The translations under genes and the position numbers were made by a program. Shown piece by piece: positions 1-11,200 of a DNA stretch of 64,000 bases. Below the pieces are notes generated by a model. The model saw only the letters and a program-made list of their open reading frames with translations. It was not told where the DNA came from and made no database searches. The stretch covers positions 16,060,001 through 16,124,000 of the forward strand of contig CM052832.1 of assembly GCA_028534125.1 (NCBI GenBank), given 5' to 3'. The DNA is from Lama glama. Taxonomy: Eukaryota. Position 1 is the first letter of the stretch. Each line of letters starts with the position of its first letter.

Positions 1-918
1 GATATAAACCTGGAATTTGTCAGCATATAAATGGCATTTAAACCCTTGAATCCAAAATGAGAACATCTAGGAGGTTAGTGCAAATAGAGAAAAGAAAACG
101 AGGCCCTGGGGCCTTCCAAAAGTTAGAAATTGAGAACTCCGAGAGGAGATCAGAAGAAACATGAGGAGTGAGTGAGGAGAACAAACAGTCTCCAGAGAGA
201 GTAGTGTCCCAGAAGCCAGGGGAGGAAATGCTAAGAAAGAAGGTTAAACTATCAAAAGCTGCCTAGGGGTAAAAGAAAGGGAGTAATGCCAGAAGCATAG
301 GGACCACTCTTCACTCATTCTTTCTTCCATATTCACAATCCTATTCATTAGTTGGAAATTTTTTAAATCACTGTCAAACAAAAAAAATAAATAAATACAG
401 CCAAACATTGAAACCATGTTATCTCTTCTCTGCTTATCCACAGTATTCGGTATCGAAACTTTCAGGATTTTAAAAAATTAGATATGAAACAACTCTTAGA
501 ACAGTAATTTGAGTCTTAATCTCCTACCAGTCAAATCACACTGTTTATTTCATACTATTAGGTTTAAATGATTAGTATGTTACCTAACTGTAAAAGTTTT
601 CCAAGTCCAAGTGAGAATGGGAAGAAATTCTAACATGTATTCACAAACTTTGTGACAGAGAGTCTGGGCCCAAGAAGAAATGATGACCATGGAATGGGAT
701 GAAACTCCCTTTGATAAAGAGACACTGATACAGGCTTGTCACTTGGTGGAGAGACTTCAGAGGGATACAACTGTGGTTAGTGGCTGGACCATGAAGTCGT
801 AAAACACTTTCCAGCTCCGAATTTAATACTTTACTCACAAAAGACTTCATTTTCTGAGGCTAAAACATCAAAGTAATTGATGTAGCACTTTTGATGTTTA
901 CTGGATATTATTTTTATT

Positions 919-1070
919 CTTTTTTTTTATTGAAGTATAGTTGATTTACAAAGTTGTGCTAGTTTGGGGTATGCAGCAAAGTGATTTAGTTACACACATA
1001 TATATAAATCTATTCTTTTTCAGATTATTTTCCATTATAGGCTGTTATAAGAAATTAAATATAATTCTCT
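919..1070 (-). mobile_element. LINE-1 3' tail fragment
   Basis: Poly-T then ttattgaagtatagttgatttaca..., the reverse of the L1 tails at 14894 and 25741; similar - strand tails at ~1726-1850, ~4235-4380 and ~24690-24858. Confidence 0.7.
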
Positions 1071-1177
1071 GTTAATTATTGGGTATTACTGTAAAAGACC
1101 CTTGGGGAAAGATTAACAATGAGTAAATAAACACACAAAAGACTGACAAAAATTATTTGCTTGTATTTATATTTCAG

Positions 1178-1198
1178 CAAAACCAGCTCCACCTTTAA
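1178..1198 (+). CDS. TSBP1: TSBP1 21-nt micro-exon (xKPAPPL)
   Basis: tatatttcag|CAAAACCAGCTCCACCTTTAA|gtaagt; phase 1-1, no stop. Confidence 0.75.
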   Translation, partial: QNQLHL

Positions 1199-4100
1199 GT
1201 AAGTTATCTTGCTTGTAATTTTCATATTACTGTAGTGATACATGATGTAGGACTTTTGTTAAATTGACAGTTTTCTTTTTCAATAGTGCAAAGCTAGCAT
1301 TTTACCAAATTGTTGACAATGTCTCTGAAATTTAGTCTTACTGAATAAACTGAAAAGGACTTTGTTAGGTCAACTGACTTTCCAATATTAAAAAAGTTTC
1401 AGCCAAAGAAAAGGTATATACCAAGAAATTTGGGGTGAAATGAATTGGAGTCATGAAAAGGAAGCTAGCCAGAGAAATAAGGAGGCAAAAAGCAAAAAAA
1501 AAAAAAAAAAAAAGGAGAGCTCATGAAAAGTGGAAAAGTGAACTTTTTTAACAAGATAACTGTAGGTTTGGTGTTTCTTGCATGTCGTTTCAAAAGATTC
1601 CCCAGGGGAACCTTAAGTCCAATAATAGGCGAATGAAATGAGCTAACACTTACTTGTTTTGTATTTCAGGGAGAGTTATACCACCTACCAGTAAGTTCAT
1701 TACCCTATTTTTTTTCTTAAAAAAAATTTTTTATTGAACTGTAGTTGATTTACAATGTTTCAGGTGTACAGCAAAGCGATTCAGTTATACATATACATGT
1801 ATATATTTCAGATTCTTTTCTATTATATGTTATTACAAGAAATTGAATATTATCTTATTTATAACACTAGTATATACTGGACTACTATAGGTGAGATTTT
1901 ATTAATAGATTTTTCATTTTCAGAAGATCAAAAGTTAGAGTTGTTGGTGATTAACTTATAATGAACCACAATGGTTTGTAGAAAGAATAAACTGATAAAT
2001 ATATTGTTATATCAAGAAAACTGATTTGTCTATTTCTAAAAGTTAACATATCCATACTAGGACAGAAAAAAACACCATTTTAAAATGAGATGCAATGGAA
2101 GCGAGAAGGAAACTTGTCACAGAATTAAAGGAGGAAGAAGGAACTAACTAAAGAGATAACTAAGCTTTATATGCATTACATTGTGTCACTAAAAAGACAG
2201 AAATTTGAGAAGAAGGTAAATACAAGAATGATTCATATACTTATGTTTCTGCTAAGATGTCCAAAATAAAAGATAACTGTAGCTAGTTTAAAAGCTAGGT
2301 ATTAAAACAACATAAAGAAGTATTTTGGGTAGGCCTAAGATAGTAGGTCAAACATTCATTCTCCTTTACTTTTGTTTTTTGAAACTGTTGAGAAAATTTC
2401 CACTAAGTTACTTTTCTGTGACTAGTATCCGGAAAATATGTGCACGAAGACATTTTCATAGATAAATCCAACTATGGCCATAATCAACTTTGCAAATTCC
2501 AATGTTATTATTTCACTTTCTATATTCACTTCACGTTAGTGAGCCTTCTTTATAGATCACTAACAATTTGCAGGAAAGCTTAAAAATACGTATTGTGAGA
2601 CTACATACCACAAAACAAATAAAAATCCTTTTCAAAACAAAATGTAAAAGGAATCTATATAGAAGACAAGAGTCCAGTTTTGAAAGAGAAGTAGAGTGAT
2701 AGGTAAAACTTCAACTAATGCAACATCATACCACCTTCCTAAAAGATTTTAATATTTCTTTGCCCTCCATAAGAAAGGTAAAGTACACAGAAAATATCCT
2801 CTCAAGAGAATCCCTTCAAATAGACCACCAAAATTCTGGGATTAATCAGATATTAAAATGATCTTCCATTAAACACAGATAATCTCAACTGTTTTGAAAT
2901 TCCTTTGACTTTTGTATTTTGGAACACTTTTCTAGAAATTGCATGAGTGACAATTTTGTTCTAACATCCACACACCTAGAGAAATTTCTTGATTGAATAT
3001 ATTTTCATATGCCACACATTACTTACATCTTTATTTTTCTTTCTGTTTTAAAGTACCTGCATCAACCATCAGTAAGTTCCTTTTCAAATCCTAAAATCTG
3101 TAGAAGGTAAGCCAGTTTTACTCCCTATTGCTATTATAGTGTTAGTAGTCTAAAATCTCAGTGCTCATATTTCTATACACTTTCTCTGGGTGATACAGAT
3201 AAATAACTGATGATACTGTAAAAGATGAAGATCTATTAATCAACAATTAATAGATTATACCCATTATGAGAAATATTATTATCAAACCAGTTTTGATATT
3301 GCACCAATGTGATACTCATAAGCATAAAAAAAAGAGATAAGGAAAGTTAATAAAAGTACAAAAAGAAGAACGTAGATTAAGTAGTAGGACTTCTTGACAG
3401 GTCCAAAAATAGTATAAACCTATGACAATGGGCAAGAAAACCATAGCTAAATAGGCTCAAGGAAGACAATTTGCTTTGCCCTTAAACCAGAGAAAAGGAG
3501 CCCTCACTCCATCCATCAAGTCTTCTCTTAGAATACAACAGAGGCACCAACAACATCAACTATATAATCAGATTTCTTCAAAGCAGCAGAGTGGAAATGA
3601 TACCTTAGATGCTAGTGCAAGTTTGACCTACCAAAACTGTTTGTGCCATTTTTATAGGTCAATAATTTTTCTGTTGACAATCGTTGAAGAACATGTACCA
3701 TTAATTTGCCCAAAAGAAAATTCAAACAGTAAACATATGGAGAAATATTAAGCACCAACAGTCACTAAATGAATTCTAATTTTAACTACTATAGTGTATT
3801 TCTTATATGTATTACATGATCATAAACAAAAATCAAGATGTTATAGTGAAAAAATAGTTTTTCAGGTGTGTTTCTAGATTTAATTATCTTTAGATTTAAA
3901 GGTAAGTAACAAGTCTTCAAAATAATTCATTATTTGTGTGTTTTAGCCCATAGTTTCAATTTGGGCATTACTAAGGATATGAAACAAATGAAAAGAACAT
4001 GATTTCTAGAAATATATTTACAAGTAAGTAAATATCATGGCTAAAATCGAGAAGAGAGTCCAAATGCCATAGAAGAATTGGTGTTTAATATGATAACATA

Positions 4101-5246
4101 TGACTTTATAACTAGAACTAACAATTTTTTTTTCTCTGAATCAGGATTTGCTGAACCAATTTGTAAGTTTTTTTTCTTTTCCTCACTATTATGTCTTTCA
4201 GTTTAAATAACACTCTGAAAGTTATTCCTACAGTTTTTTATTGAATATAATTAACATATAACTTTTATTAGTTTCAAGTGTACAACATAATTCAATATTC
4301 ATTCATATTGTGAAATGATCATCACAGTAAGTCTAGTTAACATCCATCACCATACATAGTTACATTTTTTTCTTGTGTTGAAAAAGAAAAAAGAAGAAGT
4401 GGTATATACGTACAATGAAATATTACTCAGCAACAAAGAAAGAATGAAATTTTGCCATTTGCAACAACTTGGATGGACCTAGAAAGTATTATTCTTAGTG
4501 AAATAAGTCAGGCAGAGAAAGATAAATACTCTATATTATCACTCATACGAGGAATCTAAAAAATAAAACAATTGAATGAATATAACAAAATATAAACAGG
4601 CTCACCAATACAGAGAACAAACTATAGGTTACCAGTGGGGAGAGGGAAGTGGGGAGGAGTGAGATAGGAATATGGAATTAAGAGACACAAACTATTATGT
4701 ATAAAATAAATAAGCTACAAGGACATACTGTATGGCACAGGGAAATATAGCCATTATTTTGCAATAATTTTAAATGGAGTATAATCTATAAAAATATTGA
4801 ATCACTATGTTGTACACCTGAAATCAATATAATATTATAAATCAACTATAGTTTAATAAAAAAGATGTTGTGGTATAAAGGTAAAAAGAAGACCTAACAA
4901 GTAAGTTACTCTTCAGTCCTGAGAGTGTGAATTTTATGTCTCATATAGGACCATCCATCCCACTAGAAATCAAATTAACTGATGCAAAAGTCTTTGTGCT
5001 TTATTTTTTTAATATTTTTTTAATTTATTTTATTTTATTTTTTGAGGGGGGAGGTCATTAAGCTTACTTATTTATTTATTTTTAGAGGAGGTACTGGGGA
5101 TTGAACCCAAGACCTCGTGCATGCTAAGCACACGCTCTACCAATTGAACTATACCCTCTCCCCATGTTTGTGCTTCTTGAATATTATTTTATAAGACCCT
5201 CACCAGGAATATTTACAAGGGAAATGTGTTGTATACTTAATAGCTA

Positions 5247-5294
<48 letters not shown>

Positions 5295-8200
5295 TGTGTT
5301 TTTATTTTAGCAAAAACCTCAACCTCACCACTTCCTAGTAAGTACAATATTTTATAATTCTACTGATGTAGTCTATTGCTGCATGCACAGATCTGTTATT
5401 AAGCTCTATGGTTGTTATTTTCCAGTGGAGCAAAAGTCAAGAATTTTACTCTTTCTGACAATTATCTTGAAATTAAACCCAAATGATTTATAGAAAGAGT
5501 AAATACAGAAGTACACTATCATTTAGTCAAGTCAACTGACTTACCTGCAACAAAGAAGAATGTTCTTACTAGGGATAAAAATGAGTTGGAGCTGAGAAGA
5601 AAAAATAGAGAAATATATGGAAGAAGAATAATTTTTTAAATACCTTGATAAATCTTCTAAATCTGACACACAGGATCCAAAAATTTAGCTGAGTGTTTGA
5701 ACAAGTAAAGAGAATAAAAGAATGGACTATATCCATGTTAATTCTAAGATATCAAAATTAATAGAATAGAATCAATTAGGATTAATATTACAAATAGGAT
5801 GAAAAGAGAAATCCTGAAGAAAAAAAGATAAATTAGATGGGGAAATGGAAACAGCAAAGCGCAAAAGAATCAAACTGACTATATTGTATCTTAATGAATA
5901 GAAGAAGCACATAGAGTTACCATTGACCCAATTCATACTAACAAAAAGACTTGTACTAATAAGAAAAAGTATTTTTTAAAAGTAATGGATCACATGAGCC
6001 TAGATTTTGTGGTATCTGAGGATAAACAGCTAAAGATTGTCAAATATTCTAGACTAAATTTTAAGAAAGCCAACTTCAAAAGTTCCAATTATAAACCTAG
6101 AAGACTGCCATAGCTTGAGAAATTATGGTTCTCTTCAGTAAAAAAGAAACATTTAAAAACACTGGAGGAAGCTTAGACCATTTGGCCAAAAGTATGTCAG
6201 ATTTATTGAAATGGACATCATGTATATGAAAAAATTAGGCAATATTGGTTCCAAGTCTGGCAGGGAAAAAGAAACATTCACAAAGTCATGTAAATGGAAT
6301 GTTTTCCAGTGCCATCTTCCTCTGATCACCATGTGGGGAAGCAGAAGAAATTCCTATTTCTATCCTGCCCAAAAGTCTTGTCTCAAATGATGCTATTCAA
6401 ACTAAACCATGACCAGACCACTTCACCTCTTGCCTCTGCTGAAAATTCCAAATTTCAAGGTTTCATTTCTCAGAGGTTCTTCACTTCTTCATTCAATACC
6501 TTCTTACAGAGGTATTATAAAGTTTTTAACAGTTTCTGATAGGTCTCCAATTCTAGTACAGAGTGAAAGGAGAGTATGGAGCATGTTCCCCTCCATTTCC
6601 TCTTCCTGAAGTACTATATGGAATGGGACTGTGGCAGCACAGACACAGAGATGGAGAGGGTGGGGTTTCCCTCTTGATTAAGGATAGTATTAAGACCATA
6701 GTCCACATTTCTGACCATGGCATACTAAGATATATGTATTTATATTTATATTTCCATTTACATTTATATTTTAGCAATATCTAGTAGTAACTACACACAT
6801 ATTATTTGCATTTTCCAGTTCCTGCAGGAAAATACCATTTCTAATATTGAAAAAAAAGGATGTTTCTACATAACCCTTTCTCTCCTCATTCACCATCCAG
6901 TTAAGTTATTGATAATGTTTTAAAGGACATGATTGTCAGGAAGAATGAATGGAGGAAAGAGAAGAGGAAAGATGGATAATGGAAACTAGAGGAAGAGGGT
7001 ACTTAATGGGGTGACCCCAAAACAATCTCCAAAGAGTTTTACCTCTAGACTGAAGGGGAAGAACACACTGAAAGGGTTTCACTCCACATTATTTTAGTTG
7101 GCTGACACTATCGAAGTTATGGAGACACCGTGCAGAGCCTTTCTAAAGTCCCTATCACACACAGTACAGTACAACCTAGTGACTTGGAAGGGTTGGTTCT
7201 CCCTAAAAGTCATACATCTAAAGCTTACAGTAAACGCTTTGAATAAACTAGGTTGTTCAACAAAAAATAACCTGTTATTTTGTTTTCCTTCCACGGAACC
7301 TTCAGTACCCACTGGTAAGCTCTTTAATCCTCAGTTCCAGCATCTATAAAAACATCTTTCTCAATATTTTCTGCACTCACTAATTTCACTTCTAGATATT
7401 TACCCACTAACCCCTTAACTTCTTGATTAAGTCTGAAAACAGAGATTTCACCTACCTAAGACAAAAAAAGTAAGCAAGTAATCTTCTAGAACTGCTTCTA
7501 GTAAGTTGTAGGCAGAAACTAAAAACTAAACTACCTGAGTTTAATGAGGAGCAGGGGAGAGAATTAGAAAGTAAAGAAGATGCATAAAATTCAGTGCAGC
7601 AAATTTTTCAAAAGGAGACATTTGAACAGTTTCTGATAGGTTTCCATTTCTTATAGGGGCTGAGAGAAAAAAAGATGATAAAAGCCACTTATGTCTTCTG
7701 CCTCCTCCTAAAACTCTACCTTGAGCAAGGGTATTCCTCCACAGACACAGACACAGAGGGCTGGAGCTTCTTTCCTAAGAAGTACATCTTTATAACCATA
7801 TTCAAGAGCCTGTGACCAAGTCACCTTTGTGTTTTTATTTTACAAAAATCTGTAGTAAAATCATACCCATGAACTCACATTATTTTCCCCCTAAACTACA
7901 ATTTTGTTGTTGTTCTTTCATAGTTTCTAGAGGGAACCATCATTACTAACACTAAAGAAACCTGATAGTATAATTTCCACACTTTGTTTATTATCAAGTT
8001 GTTAATGGTGTTATAGGAAAAACATATTCCCTTAATTAACTGAAATAACAAAGAGAGGAAAATTCTCCTGGTAAATACTTAAATGCTTATCAACAACAGG
8101 AAACCAGCAAGATATATAATTTTTTCTAGGTACAGTGAACAATTCTAAGTGTTTATCTTAAAGAAAGATAATGTGGTTGTTGAGGCCAGTTAATGTTGTA

Positions 8201-11200
8201 CTTTCTATGTCATCCAGAAGTCTAGTTCTCTAGACAATGTCTACATTAGAATTAGGCATGCAGACATGTCTAATTCTGTCAGCAAGAGGTGGTTGTTGAA
8301 AAGTCTGAAGCACAGTGATGTCAACAATGTGGTGGAATAGGAGGTCACCAGCTTGCTTCCCCAACACAAACTAACTGGTAGACATTCATGGACAAATGTG
8401 CCTTTTGTGGAGATTTGGGATCCAGGTAGTAGGTAAACCCCAAGACTGAGGATAGCTGCTTTGAAAAGGCAGGCCCACTTCCTGGTGGCAATCTCACCAA
8501 ACATGGTTCTATCTGCCAGACCAAAAGTAGCCCCAACCCTCTATGGACTCAGCCCTACCCTGCTTGGCCATTGTCCAGCAATTTATGATTAGGTAACGAG
8601 TATGCCTTTAACATATTTAACAGATCTGAGGCTCAGAGAAGTGATTTTCTACAGGTTGCCTAATTGCTAAGTGATAAACCTGAATTTCAAACCAGTTCTT
8701 TTGACTTCAGATTTTGTTCTCTTTTTTCAATGCTAGCCTGCTTTCTAGGAAAATGCAAGTCCAAAGTTTGGAAGTTTTGGGAAGTCCTTAATATTAATCA
8801 ATATCTTCCATTATAGTGGAGGTGAGGGAGAGTAAGAGGTACAAACTTCCAGTTACAAAATAAATGAGTCACATGTATGAAATGTAGTGTGGGGCATATA
8901 GTCACTGATAATGTAATATCTTTGTATGGTAACAGAGGTAACTAGACTTATTATGGTCATCATTTGTAACACACAGAAATATCAAATCACTATGCTGTGT
9001 ACCAGGAACTAACATAGTGTCATAGGTCAATTATACTTCAAAAACATACTTATAGAAAAAGAGATCAAATTTGTGGTTACCAGACAAGAAGGTAAGGGGA
9101 GGAGGAATTGTATGAAAGTAGTCAAAATGCACAAAGTTCCAGTTATAAGATAAATAAGTACTAGGGATGTAATGTACAACATGGTAAATACAATTAACAC
9201 TGTTGTACGTTATACATGAAAATTGTTAAGAAAGTATATCTAAGAGTTCTTATCACAAGGAGAATTTTTTTCTTTTTCCTTTATTTTATATCTATATGAA
9301 ATGATAGATGTTCACTAAACTTATAGTGGTAGTCATTTCATGATGTAAATAAGTCAAATCATTATGCTGTATACCTTAAACTTATACAGTGCTGTATATC
9401 AATTATATCTTAACAAAACTGGAAGAAAAAATAATTTTTAAAAATCTAACTTTAAAAAAATCAATATCCTCCATTATAAAGATGTTTCATATCATTTTTT
9501 AAATGATTATTAGGTTATTTATATGCATTAAAAAATAATTTTTTTACTTTGTAAACTAACATCCTACAGTGCTCTCTTGAGCAACAAGATTATTTTCTAA
9601 GAATGATATAAAACACAGAAACTGTAATTTAAAAGTTTGATTAATTAGACTACATCTCTTTTTTATCTTCTATATTAAAGAAATTACCAAAAACAAAGTT
9701 GAAAAGCAAATAGAAATTTGGAAAACAAAACCACTTATACCAGAAAAATATTTTCTCTCTTGAATATATAATGATTTCTGGGGGGAAAATAAATAAATAA
9801 AGCAAAAAATAAATGCTAAAGAAACAAAACTACTAGTTAATAAAAAACACAGATAAAGAAGAGCTATTTTTTTTAATCTATCAGTTTGTGAAAGATCAAA
9901 GATATTTACAGAGAATAATGTTTTTAGGGTTTGGCCACATTTCTATTCCTATGCCCCATTTCTTTTTGGGTTTTTTTGGGGGGGTGCATAATTAGGTTTG
10001 TTTTTTTTTTAATGGAAGTACTAGGGATTGAACCCATGACCTCATGCATGTTACACAGGCACTCTACTGTTGAGCTACATCCTCCCCTCTTTATGCCCTA
10101 TTGATATTAAGGTAACTTGGCTTTAATGTTCAAGAGTGCATATGGCAATATGTTTCAAAATACAAAAAGTGCACATACTTTGTCTAAGAATTTATACCTC
10201 TAGAAATGTTTTCTATGAAAAAAAGAGCAGCTTTTCAAAGGAATATACATTAAGTGGTTTATTGCAGGATTATTTATAATAATTAAAACTTGAAAATAAT
10301 ACTTATTAACAGGAGGTTGTTTTAAAATTGAGATTATATAAATAGAATATCATGTAAACACTTAAATGATCATATCAATCAATATTATTGACACAGAACC
10401 ATTAAATATTTTTTTAATTAAAAGATCACTGTAGTAATTACTTTTTACAGTAAAATTTCCCTTGTGCTACAAATAGTTAATCTCATGTATTTGTCACATA
10501 CTATTTTAGCAATTTTAAAAGACATCGATGTACTTTTTCTCCATTTGTCCTCACATAACTCTGTGAGGTGAATATGGCCAGTATTATTAACTTCATTATA
10601 CAAATAAAAAAGGTAAGATACAAAAAGATTAAGGGTCTTTGGGAAAACCACATAATAAATAATAGAACTCAAATATTTTTTAACTCCTCATCCAATGATC
10701 TCTCCACTATCCTGAATTCAGTCCAACAAGCCTTCTCAAAACATGAAACAAGACTATTTCACAATGTCCACATTCCAGGATGGAAACCCTGTTTAGAATG
10801 TTCTTCACAGTTATCCTCTCCTATCTCTCTACCCTCAACATCACCTGTCCAGTTTCACAAATTATAAATTACTTTATTCTTCCCACAACTTTCAAGCAGC
10901 TGTGTGTTCCCACTGCATAAATGTTAACCTTCCTTTGCTAATAAAATACAGAAAGGTTGGAAATGGGTATATGGGGGTACCCAGTACCCAAACACAAAAC
11001 ACCCACCTAGAATTCAGCCAAAGGGAAGAGCCAGTTAGAGGGTATGTCATCCACAGGTACAGAACCAACTGAATAAATCTGAGTGCTGAGTATCTGGAAC
11101 TCTTATCAAGGGACACCACTATGAAGCACAGCATGAGGCCTCATTAAATTCTTGACCCACTCCCAATTTGGGGAGACCCTTAACTCTCAAAACTTGCTTA

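Noticed and set aside
3866..3901. Possible 24- or 36-nt exon ending AAAG|gtaagt
   Set aside because: Frame-compatible from two upstream AGs, but the nearest AG gives 8 nt and the peptide lacks the Pro-rich pattern; unsupported without RNA data
8248..8277. 13-bp hairpin AGAATTAGGCATG-CAGA-CATGTCTAATTCT
   Set aside because: Too short for a pre-miRNA and plausible by chance in 64 kb
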